This document shows positions 1 to 10,655 of a DNA stretch of 46,337 bases, piece after piece. The notes under the pieces were generated by a model. It was given only the letters and a program-made list of their open reading frames with translations. It did no database searches and was not told where the DNA came from. Where the stretch lies: positions 1 through 46,337 of IMG/VR virus record IMGVR_UViG_2740892428_000001, one strand, 5' to 3'. The position numbers were made by a program, and so were the translations under genes. This stretch comes from a virus (lineage: Duplodnaviria; Heunggongvirae; Uroviricota; Caudoviricetes). The stretch's first letter is position 1, and the number at the start of each line of letters is the position of its first letter.

Positions 1-234
1 ATGAAATCAAAAGACACCCTAAAGTGGTTCCCCGCGCAGCTTCCTGAAGTCAGAATTATCCTGGGAGATGCTGTCGTGGAAGTGGCAAAACAGGGAAGAC
101 CTATCAATACCAGAACATTGCTTGATTACATTGAAGGAAACATAAAGAAAAAGTCATGGCTGGATAACAAAGAATTATTACAAACAGCGATATCAGTTCT
201 TAAAGACAACCAAAATTTAAATGGTAAAGTGTAA
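1..234 (+). CDS. ydfK: YdfK/YnaE-like small prophage protein (77 aa)
   Basis: 77-aa ORF starting at window position 1; resembles the small cold-shock-inducible YdfK/YnaE proteins that sit beside pin in E. coli Qin/Rac prophages (recalled, not searched). Confidence 0.45.
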   Translation: MKSKDTLKWFPAQLPEVRIILGDAVVEVAKQGRPINTRTLLDYIEGNIKKKSWLDNKELLQTAISVLKDNQNLNGKV

Positions 235-613
235 TAAACACCCCCTGAAAAATAATTTTTCAATGCATTAAAAAATATCAACAACTACGTTATGCCGCAA
301 CAACCTACTTTTTTACCATTTTTCCACTTTAACAACTTTTTGCTCCACTTTTCCAAGACCAAACAAATTGAAATCTGGCTAAAACAACATACAACACTAT
401 TATTCGTCTTTCTCGAGTCCGCCCGGAGTTCGAAAAACAAACCGAGTTAAAGCCATTTTTCAAAAAATCGATTTTGGGTTACACCAAAATTACGGGACTG
501 CATCCGAATTTGTTTATTTTCGAACGTATACATACAAATATGTGCAATAATAAGCGAAATAATTTTTGGATATGCATTATGATATGTACACCAATTTCGT
601 ATAGAGTCTCACT

Positions 614-1204
614 ATGTCTCGAATTTTTGCTTACTGTCGGATATCAACTCTGGATCAGACCACCGAAAATCAACGCCGGGAAATCGAAAGTGCAGGTTTT
701 AAAATCAAACCTCAGCAAATAATCGAAGAACACATTAGCGGCTCAGCAGCAACCAGTGAGCGTCCTGGTTTTAACCGGTTGCTTGCTCGCCTGAAATGTG
801 GTGATCAATTGATTGTGACAAAACTGGATCGCCTTGGTTGTAATGCAATGGATATCAGGAAAACAGTGGAACAACTGACCGAAACAGGTATCAGAGTGCA
901 TTGCTTAGCATTGGGGGGCATTGACCTGACCAGTCCAACAGGAAAAATGATGATGCAAGTAATTTCAGCAGTCGCTGAATTTGAACGAGACCTTTTACTT
1001 GAACGCACTCATTCCGGGATAGTAAGAGCCCGGGGCGCAGGGAAACGTTTTGGTCGACCACCTGTGTTAAATGAAGAACAGAAACAGGTGGTATTCGAAC
1101 GAATTAAGTCAGGTGTAAGTATAAGTGCCATTGCCCGGGAATTCAAAACCTCGCGGCAAACCATTTTAAGAGCCAAAGCAAAACTTCAGACACCTGACAT
1201 ATAA
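614..1204 (+). CDS. pin: serine recombinase, Pin/Hin/Gin-type DNA invertase
   Basis: 196 aa; N-terminal catalytic motif YCRISTLDQ with nucleophilic Ser, resolvase/invertase core, C-terminal HTH ([16 protein letters not shown]); sits beside the tail-fibre genes as in Mu, P1, e14 and Qin. Confidence 0.85.
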
Positions 1205-1431
1205 AAAATAATCTCGGTGTGAGATGCTTTACGTCTTCCAAGCCCCCTTCCTTGCCGTAAATGGAAAGATACATCTAATTATAGAATTTATATGTTTTAC
1301 CCTACGGCCGTGCTGGCCATTCAATATCCTGTGCAGTTGACGTATCAACACGGTTCAGCAACACCCGATACTTTTTCCAGGCTTCCAGCAACGGGGTTTC
1401 TTCCTCCGTTGCATATACAGCTCACCTTTTT

Positions 1432-1725
1432 TCACCCACGATTAACCAACAGCCAGACCAGCAGACACGCCACCACCGGCACAGCAAAATCTATCAGGCT
1501 TGCCACATCCCAAACACGCGGATCAAAACCGCCCCACCACGGCATGTTAATCCGCTTGCCATGCCCGAACATTTCAATCCAGCGATATTCTGCCTGGGTG
1601 TGTTCACGCGCAATGAAGAACGTACAACCGGCTATCGCCCCGTAAACCCAGTTTCCGGTAAAAAGACCAATCATTACCTGCGCAGCCACAGCACAAAGCG
1701 CATGAAGAAAAGGTGTTATATCCAT
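1432..1725 (-). CDS. hypothetical small membrane protein
   Basis: 97-aa ORF with two hydrophobic segments (ALCAVAAQVMIGLFTGNWVYGAIAGCTFFIA and LIDFAVPVVACLLVWLLV); family not recognised. Confidence 0.4.
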   Translation of the reverse strand: MDITPFLHALCAVAAQVMIGLFTGNWVYGAIAGCTFFIAREHTQAEYRWIEMFGHGKRINMPWWGGFDPRVWDVASLIDFAVPVVACLLVWLLVNRG

Positions 1726-1735
1726 TACTCCTCCT

Positions 1736-2440
1736 TTATCCGATATCGCTTTGGGAAGTTGATAACAACTTCAATTCTGACTCAAGTTCATCAACTCTTT
1801 CAGTCAGTTTCTGGATATGGTGAATCAGTGGAACAACCAGACGTTCGTACATTACACCTTCGGCAACAAGGCCATTGCTGGAAATGGTTTCCGGTGCATC
1901 ATCTTCGTTGGCTGGTCGCCAGTGAACAAACTGAGGGGCAATTTCTCCTACTTCCTCGGCAATCAATCCATAGAATCCCCAGTCACGCCTGTCATTTTCG
2001 CATTGCGACCTGTACCACACAGGGCGCATCCTGAAAATGAGATCGGCGTGCTCTGAATCTATCGTCTCTACTGAATGTTTATAGCGGATAGACGATGTTG
2101 ACCGCAGCACAGACGAAATTGCAGGGTCAGGATTAAGATAAAGATTTGCCGCCGCTGTAGTTGTGCCCAATCCCCATAAATAAAACGCTTCACGGCCAGT
2201 CAGCGGGTAAAAATCTCCGCCATAACGACCACTTTCCAGATCGTTCACTTCCACTTTGTTTTTCAGCTTATTATCCACTTCTGTTTTTGTGTATCTGGTA
2301 CTGATATCCTGCTTTGCACTGTCCATATCAGTCTGAAGCGTTGATACTTTTACGTTAATTGAGGAAATATCTTCCTTTGCCTTACTGACATCTCCCTTTA
2401 GCGTTTTGATGTCATCAGGAATTACTGTCGATGTAGCCAT
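1736..2440 (-). CDS. tail-fibre-like protein with C-terminal intramolecular chaperone (peptidase S74-like) domain
   Basis: 234 aa; N-terminal coiled-coil-like segment; C-terminal region (RPVWYRSQ...DWGFYGLIAEEVGEIAPQFV...GLVAEGVMYERLVVPLIHHIQKLTERVDELESEL) matches the pattern I recall for the endosialidase/tail-fibre self-cleaving chaperone domain. Confidence 0.55.
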   Translation of the reverse strand: MATSTVIPDDIKTLKGDVSKAKEDISSINVKVSTLQTDMDSAKQDISTRYTKTEVDNKLKNKVEVNDLESGRYGGDFYPLTGREAFYLWGLGTTTAAANLYLNPDPAISSVLRSTSSIRYKHSVETIDSEHADLIFRMRPVWYRSQCENDRRDWGFYGLIAEEVGEIAPQFVHWRPANEDDAPETISSNGLVAEGVMYERLVVPLIHHIQKLTERVDELESELKLLSTSQSDIG

Positions 2441-2449
2441 TTTTCTTCC

Positions 2450-2731
2450 TCACATCCAGCTACGGAGTTGATGCTCAACAGCAACCGCGTGTTCATCGAA
2501 TAATGACGATATTTGCGAATCATTAATGATGCGCACATTTACAAAATATCCGTCCTCCTTAACACATACCGGCTCGCCATCTTCAGTAAGTTCTCCGGTT
2601 TCTTTGTACACATTACCTATCACGTCAATAAGAATATCATCCTGCATCGACTCGTCATCATAATAGCCAATGCTCTCCATAAAGGCCGAAAAGTCGGCCC
2701 TGTCTGCAAATTTGAGTGTTAAATCTTTCAT
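2450..2731 (-). CDS. hypothetical protein, translationally coupled to stf
   Basis: 93-aa acidic ORF whose start overlaps the stf stop by 4 nt (2728-2731); no recognisable domain. Confidence 0.4.
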   Translation of the reverse strand: MKDLTLKFADRADFSAFMESIGYYDDESMQDDILIDVIGNVYKETGELTEDGEPVCVKEDGYFVNVRIINDSQISSLFDEHAVAVEHQLRSWM

Positions 2732-5130
2732 TTAATACTCCCCCCCATTTGCGCATCAGTTAATTCTTTATGCCAGAGACGAAGATTTCTCAAATGGCCG
2801 AATAGATGACGAGTTCCCGATGTGGCTTGACCTCCAATTCGAATAAAGGTCCGTGTTTTTACGCCCGTCCACTCCGTTTTCATAGTTTTAGTAGCCTCAC
2901 CGTTAGAAACTACTCGTTTAGTACCATCAGAATAAATATTAAAACCACCAATGAATTTTCGAACATCAGTTCGACCAGCAAACACACTAGAAACGTAAGT
3001 ACTTGTCGACGCTTTATAAGTTTGCATATAAAGCTGACCGTAATATTTCTCAGTTGTGTTAAAAGCGTATGTAATTGACTCAATAGGTGGCACACCAGAA
3101 AAATCAAAAATACGCGGTGCTACATTAGGAGGAATATCGCCCCAATTTCTATTAACCTCGACAAGACACGTAAGCGGTCTATTATAGATATTATTTTCAG
3201 TTGGGATCGTCACCATATCACTGGAGCGGGTTGCGGGTGCAGTTGTCGTAATAACAAAAGATGAAGCACATCCGCCGTTTTCAAATTGTGGTGTTGCAAG
3301 GTAAATATAATCTCCCGCTTCAGTTATACCACCTTTTTTCGGCGCATACTGAATCATTGCGCCAATTAAGGTTTCACCTTCAACAGCTTCTATAGTTGCC
3401 TCATAGAAAATCCACCCTGTAACCGGATCTTTAGTTGCAGTAGCTGCTATTCTATTGGCTGCTCCGCCAGTTTTTTCTATTATCAGAGTTCCGAAAGTTA
3501 AATAAGCATCTCCTAAAAATGTATAAACCGACCCATCGTATTTTTCAAAACGCAAACGACAACGAAGACCATCAGGAGCTTTAACCCTGCATGAAACAGT
3601 GCAATACTTATTATCGCCACTAACATCAATCCCCCGGGATGCACTGCATGTATGCAGACTAAGTGCAGATGATTGTCCTGTCATATTATCTTTTGTTCGC
3701 ATTTTGGCATATGAAAAACCAAATTCATCAACACCATTATTAGTTTTATCGATATTGCTGGTACTCGTCCATTCAGCGGGAGTATTGGATTTAACAAAAT
3801 AGTTAGTGCGCTGTCCTTCAATCAATAAACCTTCTTTTTCAAATCGTGGTTCATCAATTTTAGCAACACTAAATACGCCTGATTTATTGATATATGTGGC
3901 AGTTGATGCGCGTTTAAACTTAACAACCTTGTCGCCAGGCATCGTTATTTCATCATCACCAATAACAATTTTTTTATATGACGGCGAAAAGCCCGTAATC
4001 ATATCCAGTGAATCGTTAAACGGTATCCACACATCAGGCAGTGGCTGTAAGACATATTTATACGGCTCTGCTGCCTGGCTTGCATACTCTCTGGCTGCGT
4101 CTTCACTTGCTTTAGCTGCTGTCTGGCTTGCTGCCGATGCTTTCGCCGAGTTCGCCGCTGCAGTCTCGCTTGTCTTTGCATTGGTTTCACTGGTTTTTGC
4201 TGCTGTTTGACTGTTGGCTGATGCAGTGGCAGAAGCAGCCGCCGCGCTTGCAGAACCAGCTGCAGCACTCTCGCTTTGGGCTGCTGCATCCTGACTGTTT
4301 TTCGCCGCAGTTTCGCTGGTTTTGGCATTCGTTTCGCTGGTCTTCGCTGCCGTCTGGCTGGACTTTGCGTTAGTTTCACTCGTCTTCGCAGCTTTCTGGC
4401 TGTTAGCCGCAGCAGTTGCTGATCCAGCTGCTGAAGTCGCAGAACCGGCTGCCGCGCTCTCGCTTTGGGCTGCTGCAACCTGACTGTTTTTCGCCGCAGT
4501 TTCGCTGGTTTTGGCATTCGTTTCGCTGGTCTTCGCTGCCGTCTGGCTGGACTTTGCGTTAGTTTCGCTCGTCTTTGCGGCTGTCTCGCTGTTTTTCGCG
4601 TTGGTTTCTGATTTTTTGGCTGCTGTCGCGGAGTTTGCCGATGCAGTCTGCGAGGACGCTGCCGCCTGTGCGCTGTTAGCTGCATTCGTTTCTGAGGTTT
4701 TCGCCGCGTTCTTCGATGATGCCGCTGCAGTTTCGGATTTCTTTGCCGCCGCTGCGCTCTGAGAGGCGGCTTCGGCGTTGCGTGCCGCTTCTTCCACCAT
4801 TGCCTCAAAACGACGCAATGCCTCCGGCATGACATCATCTTCCGTCATGGCACCGAGAAAATCATTCAGCGTACCTGGTCTGGAACCTTCATAGACGGTA
4901 ATGGTTCCGGCATGTGAAGGCGGAAAACCTTCAACCAGCAGGGTGACGCTGTACTGGCCATGCTCAACATCCATGCTGTAACGCCCGGCTTCATCCGGAT
5001 TTTCAGAGGCCACCGTGTTCACCAGTACCGTGGTGCTGTTACGCTTTGCCTTCAGTTGAATAGTGCAGTTCTGTATTGGTTTTCCCGCACCATCTTTCAG
5101 CACACCTGAAATCTGTACTGCCATATTCAC
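2728..5130 (-). CDS. stf: side tail fibre protein, mosaic: lambda Stf-like N-terminus plus Ala/Ser/Thr-rich repeat shaft plus unrelated C-terminal domain
   Basis: 800 aa; N-terminus (MAVQISGVLKDGAGKPIQNCTIQLKA...) near-identical to lambda Stf as recalled; central TAAKTSETNAK-type low-complexity repeats; C-terminal ~330 aa unrelated to lambda Stf. True start may be the Met 2 codons downstream (5124). Confidence 0.85.
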   Translation of the reverse strand: MNMAVQISGVLKDGAGKPIQNCTIQLKAKRNSTTVLVNTVASENPDEAGRYSMDVEHGQYSVTLLVEGFPPSHAGTITVYEGSRPGTLNDFLGAMTEDDVMPEALRRFEAMVEEAARNAEAASQSAAAAKKSETAAASSKNAAKTSETNAANSAQAAASSQTASANSATAAKKSETNAKNSETAAKTSETNAKSSQTAAKTSETNAKTSETAAKNSQVAAAQSESAAAGSATSAAGSATAAANSQKAAKTSETNAKSSQTAAKTSETNAKTSETAAKNSQDAAAQSESAAAGSASAAAASATASANSQTAAKTSETNAKTSETAAANSAKASAASQTAAKASEDAAREYASQAAEPYKYVLQPLPDVWIPFNDSLDMITGFSPSYKKIVIGDDEITMPGDKVVKFKRASTATYINKSGVFSVAKIDEPRFEKEGLLIEGQRTNYFVKSNTPAEWTSTSNIDKTNNGVDEFGFSYAKMRTKDNMTGQSSALSLHTCSASRGIDVSGDNKYCTVSCRVKAPDGLRCRLRFEKYDGSVYTFLGDAYLTFGTLIIEKTGGAANRIAATATKDPVTGWIFYEATIEAVEGETLIGAMIQYAPKKGGITEAGDYIYLATPQFENGGCASSFVITTTAPATRSSDMVTIPTENNIYNRPLTCLVEVNRNWGDIPPNVAPRIFDFSGVPPIESITYAFNTTEKYYGQLYMQTYKASTSTYVSSVFAGRTDVRKFIGGFNIYSDGTKRVVSNGEATKTMKTEWTGVKTRTFIRIGGQATSGTRHLFGHLRNLRLWHKELTDAQMGGSIK
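4268..4645. repeat. in-frame tandem duplication (2 x 189 bp) inside stf
   Basis: 4268-4456 and 4457-4645 are near-identical over ~125 bp (ctctcgctttgggctgctgca...gactttgcgttagtttc); period 189 bp = 63 codons. Confidence 0.8.
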
Positions 5131-5182
5131 TCCACAAATAAAAAAGGCACCATTTCTGGTGCCCGTATCTGGGTTATAAAAT

Positions 5183-8100
5183 TCAGCTAATCGTGATGCC
5201 TGCAGTGGCTTTCTTCATCACCACAACCAGCAAATCGCTGATACTTGCTGTGGGATACCAGTCATTTACCAGCCATGCTGACACCGAAAACTCCAGCGTC
5301 ATGTGACCGTGACCGGCAGGCATATCAATAACGCCACTGTAAATCAGCGTATTATCCAGCGCGGTACGGTTATAAATTTCAGCACCGTTTTTCCGCACTA
5401 TCAGACGGCATGAGGAGTAAATATCAGTATGCTCTCTCTCATGTTTAGCGCCGCTGAATGCCACCGCCGGAATAACAATCTGCCGGTCAAACGGCTGATC
5501 GTCATAAATCCTGACGGTAATGGTCCCTGATGGCCACCGTTCCGGTGCACGGGAGTCCCGGGGGAAAGCTTTGCCCACTGTTTTAACGAGATCGCCTTCA
5601 ATCTGGTTCGCGGACAGTTTTCCCAGAACCCGGCAGTTCTCGTTAATCGTGACGTTGTTGAGCGTCCCGGAGTTCGCATTCACGTTACCGCTGATATCCG
5701 CATTTTTAGCGGTCAGCTTTCCGTCTGATGTCAGGGAAAATACCGGAGGACTGCCACCACTGGTAATGGTGGGGGCCGTCAGGCGCTTCAGGAACACGTC
5801 GTTCATGAATATCTGGTTGCCCTGCGCCACAAACATCGGAGTTTCATTCCCGTTTGCCGGGTCAATAAACGCGATACGGTTAGCGGCAACCAGAAACTGA
5901 CTCAGTTTGCCTTCCTCCGTGTCCTCCATGCTGAGGCCAAGCCCCGCGACATAATGCCTGCCGTCTTCGGTCTGCTCAATTTTGACGCCCCACATGGCAT
6001 TCCATTTATCGTTGGCGTCTTTCCACTCTTTCGAAAACTCCTCCAGTTTGCTGGCGTTATCCTCCGTCAGCTCGACTTTTTCCAGCAGCTCCTTGCCGAG
6101 ATGGGATTCGGTTATCTGGCCTTTGAAAAAATCCAGGTAACCTTCCGCATCATCGCTCGCCCGACCAACAGCCTCCACGAATGCCGATTTGCCGACGGTG
6201 TTCACACTGCGGATATAAAAGTAATAATCACGGCCCGGTTTGATATTGGTACTGGCGGCTATCCAGTACAGCGCCGTGCCAAGATAGCGGGCTGTGGTTT
6301 CAACCTGTCTGATATCAGCAACCCGCTTTTCCGAGAACCAGAACTCAAACTGTACCGTCGGGTCATAAACGGCAAGATGCGGCGTGGCGGTTATCTGAAA
6401 ATAGCCCGGCGTCAGCTCAATCCGCGACGGTGCTGCCGGTGCGGCAATCCGGAACGATACCGATGCCGGATCGCCCTGCTGTCCCCACGCATTTGCCGCC
6501 CGGACTGTCAGCCTGTAGTTCCCCAGCGCCAGCTGCCTGAAGCGGTATGTGTTTTCCGTCGTCCTGGCCGTGCTGACCAGCCGCTCACTGCCGTCGTCCG
6601 CTGCCACGGTCAGGCGAAGCATAAAGCTCACCCCCTTCACCACCTTCGGCGTGTCCCAGCGCGCCAGCACCTGATATTCCCCGCTGTCTGCGGTGACTTC
6701 GGCAGTCAGGTGCTGCACTGCTGGCGGCGTGACACCATTCACCGTGCCGCTCTGGTCGCCGTCAAAGTGCGCCCCGTTATCCACGATGGCTTCTTTTTCC
6801 GGTACATGCTGCACGGCGGTGATGGCATACGTGCCGTCGTCGTTCTCACGGATACTCACGCAGCGGAACAGGCGCTGGCGCAGCGTCGGCAGCTTCAGCC
6901 CCCACACGCTGTATCCGGCAACGCCGTCAGGAACACGACTCACTTTTACCTTCACGCCGTCGGTGACGGACTGGACCTCCACGCTGACCGGATTGCCACT
7001 TCCGTCAACCAGGCTTATCAGCGTGGTACCGGAGGATGGCAGCGTGATTTCACGGTCGAGCGTCAGTGTCCGCGTCTGGCTGTTCACCGCCAGCACGCGC
7101 CCGCCGATGCTGATACCCGCATAGTCATCATCGCAGATTTCAATGACATCGCCCGGCACATGGCGAAGCCCTTCTGCGCCCACGCTGAAGTCCACGGTCT
7201 GCGTTTCCAGCAGTTCCGTTTTAATCAGCCACAGCCCGGCACGGTGTGCCTGCCCCCGACTGGTACAGCCAAAGGCATCCATCTTCGTGACGTTACGACC
7301 GTAACGGGCAATGGCCTGCGTGTCCTCCACAAGCTCTGTTGCCGTTTCCCAGCCGTTATCCGGGTCAATCCAGTTCACCTCAACGGCATTATGACGGTCC
7401 TTCAGGGCGCTGAAGCTGTAGCGGAACGGCGCGCCATCATCCGGCATCACCACATTACTGCGGTTATAGGTCCACACCTTATCCGATGGCCGGTCCTGCA
7501 CGAACGTCAGCGTCTGCCCGTTCCATACCGGCATACAGCGCATCGCCGAGCAGAAATCACTGAGCACATCCCACGCCTTGCGCTGTGTGGTCAGGTACGC
7601 ATTACAGGTAATGCGCGGCTCCGTGCCGCCAAAGCCGTCCGGCACTGACTGGTCGCAGTACTGGCCGATGACATACAGCGCCCATTTATCCACATCCGCC
7701 GCACCAAGACGTTTCCCCATGCCGTAGCGCGGATGGGTCAGCATATCCCACAGACACCAGGCCATGTTGTTGCTGTATGCTGGTTTTAACGTTCCGTCCC
7801 AGATACCGCTGTATTGTCGCGTCTGCGGGTTATAGTTCGACGGCACCTGCAGAATGCGCCCGCGAAGATGATAATTACGACTCACCTGCTGGCTACCGAA
7901 CTGCTCCGAGTCCACCTGTACGCCGACCAGTGCCGTGTTCGGGTAGCACTGTTTCACATCGATGATTTCGGTGTATGACGACCAGAGCGTTTTGTTCTGC
8001 AGCTGGTCTGTGGTGCTGTCCGGCGTCATCCTGCGCATCCGGATATTAAACGGGCGCGGCGGCAGGTTATCCACCACCACTGAGGCCAGATACTGCGAGG

Positions 8101-8578
8101 TGGTTTTACCCTTAATGGTGATGTCTTTTTCCGTCACCCAGCCACCGTTACGTTGTATCTGAACCAGCAGGCGGACTTCCGATGGATTCCTGTCCCCCTT
8201 TGAGGTGGTTTCCACCAGTGCCTGCACACCGAAGGTAAAGCGCAGACGGTCGATGTTTGCCGACGTGATGGTGCGGGTGATCGGCGTGTCATATTTCACT
8301 TCCGTACCCAGCACCGTCTCGGAACCGGAGGATTCAAACCCCTCCGGCGGAGTCTGCTCCTGCTCACCGGCCCGGAACACCACCGTGACACCGGCGATGT
8401 TGGTATTCCCTTCACTGTCCAGCACCGGCGTACTGTTCAGCAGCACGCTTTTTAATCCATCCACCGGACCTTCTATCGGCCCTTCGCTGATGGCATCGAT
8501 CACACTCAGTAACTGCGTGGATTTCAGGTTGTCCTTCGCTTCGCGCGGGGTATGCCCCTTATTGCTGCCTTTACCCAT
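5183..8578 (-). CDS. J: tail tip / host specificity protein J
   Basis: 1131 aa; N-terminus [24 protein letters not shown] and overall sequence match lambda J as recalled; position between I and stf. Confidence 0.95.
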   Translation of the reverse strand: MGKGSNKGHTPREAKDNLKSTQLLSVIDAISEGPIEGPVDGLKSVLLNSTPVLDSEGNTNIAGVTVVFRAGEQEQTPPEGFESSGSETVLGTEVKYDTPITRTITSANIDRLRFTFGVQALVETTSKGDRNPSEVRLLVQIQRNGGWVTEKDITIKGKTTSQYLASVVVDNLPPRPFNIRMRRMTPDSTTDQLQNKTLWSSYTEIIDVKQCYPNTALVGVQVDSEQFGSQQVSRNYHLRGRILQVPSNYNPQTRQYSGIWDGTLKPAYSNNMAWCLWDMLTHPRYGMGKRLGAADVDKWALYVIGQYCDQSVPDGFGGTEPRITCNAYLTTQRKAWDVLSDFCSAMRCMPVWNGQTLTFVQDRPSDKVWTYNRSNVVMPDDGAPFRYSFSALKDRHNAVEVNWIDPDNGWETATELVEDTQAIARYGRNVTKMDAFGCTSRGQAHRAGLWLIKTELLETQTVDFSVGAEGLRHVPGDVIEICDDDYAGISIGGRVLAVNSQTRTLTLDREITLPSSGTTLISLVDGSGNPVSVEVQSVTDGVKVKVSRVPDGVAGYSVWGLKLPTLRQRLFRCVSIRENDDGTYAITAVQHVPEKEAIVDNGAHFDGDQSGTVNGVTPPAVQHLTAEVTADSGEYQVLARWDTPKVVKGVSFMLRLTVAADDGSERLVSTARTTENTYRFRQLALGNYRLTVRAANAWGQQGDPASVSFRIAAPAAPSRIELTPGYFQITATPHLAVYDPTVQFEFWFSEKRVADIRQVETTARYLGTALYWIAASTNIKPGRDYYFYIRSVNTVGKSAFVEAVGRASDDAEGYLDFFKGQITESHLGKELLEKVELTEDNASKLEEFSKEWKDANDKWNAMWGVKIEQTEDGRHYVAGLGLSMEDTEEGKLSQFLVAANRIAFIDPANGNETPMFVAQGNQIFMNDVFLKRLTAPTITSGGSPPVFSLTSDGKLTAKNADISGNVNANSGTLNNVTINENCRVLGKLSANQIEGDLVKTVGKAFPRDSRAPERWPSGTITVRIYDDQPFDRQIVIPAVAFSGAKHEREHTDIYSSCRLIVRKNGAEIYNRTALDNTLIYSGVIDMPAGHGHMTLEFSVSAWLVNDWYPTASISDLLVVVMKKATAGITIS

Positions 8579-8638
8579 TCGTCATGCTCCATAAACGACA
8601 AAACCGCCCGCAGGCGGTTTCACATAAAACATTTTGCA

Positions 8639-9310
8639 TCAGCGACCAATCACCACAACCTGACCACCATCCCCTTCGTCTGCCGTGCTGATCTCCTGAG
8701 AAACCACCCGCGACCCCACACGCATTTCACCGTACAGAACAGGCAAAACATTGCCCTGGGCAACCATGTTATCCAGTGAGGAGAAATAGGTGTTCTGCTT
8801 ACCGTTATCCGTTGTCTGTGTGCGGGGAGTTCTGGCTTTCGGTGCCAGCATCTGAGCCACACCGCCGAGCACCATACTGGCACCGAGAGAAAACAGAATG
8901 CCGGTCATACCACCGGCCCCAATGGCTGTCCCCCATGCTGCAAGGGTGGCTCCGGCGGTAAAGAATGATCCGGCAATGGCGGCTGCCCCCAGGACAATCT
9001 GGAATACGCCACCTGACTTGGCCCCGGCGACTCTGGGAACGATATGAATCACAGCGCCGTCAGGCAGAGCCTCATGTAACTGCGCCGTTAATCCGGACGT
9101 GCTGACATCCTGCCCGGCAATACGTACCTGATACCAGCCGTCGCTCAGTTTCTGACGAAACGAAGGGAGCTGTGTGGCCAGCGCCCGGATGGCTTCAGCC
9201 CCCGTTTTCACACGAAGGTCGATGCGGCGGCCAAATCGTTGTAAATCCCCGTAAAGGCAGATGCGTGCCATGCCCGGTGACGCCAGAGGGAGTGTGTGCG
9301 TCGCTGCCAT
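8639..9310 (-). CDS. I: tail tip assembly protein I
   Basis: 223 aa, same length as lambda I; glycine-rich hydrophobic C-terminal half; overlaps the K 3' end as in lambda. Confidence 0.9.
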   Translation of the reverse strand: MAATHTLPLASPGMARICLYGDLQRFGRRIDLRVKTGAEAIRALATQLPSFRQKLSDGWYQVRIAGQDVSTSGLTAQLHEALPDGAVIHIVPRVAGAKSGGVFQIVLGAAAIAGSFFTAGATLAAWGTAIGAGGMTGILFSLGASMVLGGVAQMLAPKARTPRTQTTDNGKQNTYFSSLDNMVAQGNVLPVLYGEMRVGSRVVSQEISTADEGDGGQVVVIGR

Positions 9311-9951
9311 TTGTCGGTATACCTCTCTCGTTTGCTCAGTTGTTCAGGAATATGGTGCAGCAGCTCGCCGTCACCACAGTAAATGGCGGCATGATTCGGC
9401 ACAGATGAACCAAAACAGCACAGCAGCACATCGCCCGGCTGCGCCGCTGACAGCGGCACCTGATACAGCCCTGTGGCCTCCAGATTATCCAGATAGAGAT
9501 TCTGACCGTTACGCCACCAGTCATCCTCACGATGAAAATCCGGCATCTCAATCCCCGCCAGATGGTAAGCATCCCGGAACAGCGTGTAACAGTCCGTCAC
9601 CCCGTGCTCAAAGAGCCGCCCGGTGAGATGCGGCACACAGCGGAACTTATGAATCGCCCCCCGGCAGACCAGCCACCACGGCAAATCACTCTGCACCTGC
9701 AGTCGCCGGTCGGCCTCACTCAGCCAGGGCAGACCACCGGGGTGGCTGTGCACCAGCGCCACAATCTCACCCTGCATTTCTGCCCGCAGCCAGTCCTCCG
9801 GCGACATCCGGAAATACTCCTCCGGCTCACCGGAGATATTTACGCAGGTAAGATATCTGTCTCCCTCCGGCGTTCTCACCACAAAGCCGCACGACTCCGC
9901 TGGCGCACATCGCCGGGCGTGCGCCAGAATCGCTGATTCTGTCTGTGTCAT
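9208..9951 (-). CDS. K: tail tip assembly protein K (NlpC/P60 plus JAB/MPN-like)
   Basis: ORF of 247 aa with HSHP and Cys/His motifs; the lambda-annotated K is ~199 aa, which would correspond to an internal start near 9807; the longest ORF starts at 9951 just after the L stop. Confidence 0.85.
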   Translation of the reverse strand: MTQTESAILAHARRCAPAESCGFVVRTPEGDRYLTCVNISGEPEEYFRMSPEDWLRAEMQGEIVALVHSHPGGLPWLSEADRRLQVQSDLPWWLVCRGAIHKFRCVPHLTGRLFEHGVTDCYTLFRDAYHLAGIEMPDFHREDDWWRNGQNLYLDNLEATGLYQVPLSAAQPGDVLLCCFGSSVPNHAAIYCGDGELLHHIPEQLSKRERYTDKWQRRTHSLWRHRAWHASAFTGIYNDLAAASTFV

Positions 9952-9956
9952 GGGAT

Positions 9957-10655
9957 TTACTGCGAAAGTTTGTTAATGGAAAGGAAGCCGCCAAAGTTGC
10001 CGACGTTATTGCGAAACTTACAGCCACTCAGGCATTTGCTGCATTTATCCTTCGTGATATCGGATGTAGGCTGGTCATATTCATCAGCGACAGCCGGACC
10101 GTTATAACCGCACTCATCACCGCGATAGGTCCAGGTGCAGGTATTAGCCAGCATGATGCGCCCCGGAAAAACGGCACCATCCGTTTCCGTCGGTGTGGAC
10201 AGTACAAAAGAGGCACTGACCGCGCTCAGTTCGCTGCACTGCTCGATGCGCCAGCGGCTGATCACCTCCTGCTCCGGATCGGCGTCGCTGTTTCCGTTGA
10301 CGAAGTTCACTGCATCCAGAAAACGGGCGTAAACCTTACGCCTGACCACCGTTCCGCCGACCAGACTCTGCAGATCTTCCGCCATCCCGGTGACCATGCC
10401 GTACAGGTTAGAAACCGTCAGCGTGGGGCGCGTACTGGTGCCTTTGCCATTCAGTTCAAAACCACTCCCCTGAATGGGATACGCCTGATACTGCCGCCCC
10501 TGCCAGGTGACCGGCTCACCTTTTTCGTTCTGCTCATTACAGAAAAAATAACGTTCTCCACCAACCTCTGTCAGATCGATTTCCCAGAGCACCACGCTGG
10601 CCGACTGCTCCGCACGGGTGCATTCATTCAGTGTTTCCTGCCGGATATCCTGCAT
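9957..10655 (-). CDS. L: tail tip assembly protein L
   Basis: 232 aa, same length and sequence pattern as lambda L; Cys-rich C-terminus (CSKCLSGCKF). Confidence 0.9.
   Translation of the reverse strand: MQDIRQETLNECTRAEQSASVVLWEIDLTEVGGERYFFCNEQNEKGEPVTWQGRQYQAYPIQGSGFELNGKGTSTRPTLTVSNLYGMVTGMAEDLQSLVGGTVVRRKVYARFLDAVNFVNGNSDADPEQEVISRWRIEQCSELSAVSASFVLSTPTETDGAVFPGRIMLANTCTWTYRGDECGYNGPAVADEYDQPTSDITKDKCSKCLSGCKFRNNVGNFGGFLSINKLSQ

Noticed and set aside
440-1222. Possible invertase crossover sites flanking pin
   Set aside because: Only a 6-bp core (ACCGAG/CTCGGT) is shared in inverted orientation; too short to distinguish from chance without a proper search.
3999-4838. 279-aa Arg/Gln-rich ORF on the minus strand
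   Set aside because: It lies in an alternative frame across the stf Ala/Ser/Thr repeat region; the extreme low-complexity composition is a by-product of the repeats, and stf occupies the locus.
5954-7648. 564-aa ORF on the + strand
   Set aside because: Antisense to J, whose identity is secure; this is a chance long antisense frame in GC-rich coding DNA.
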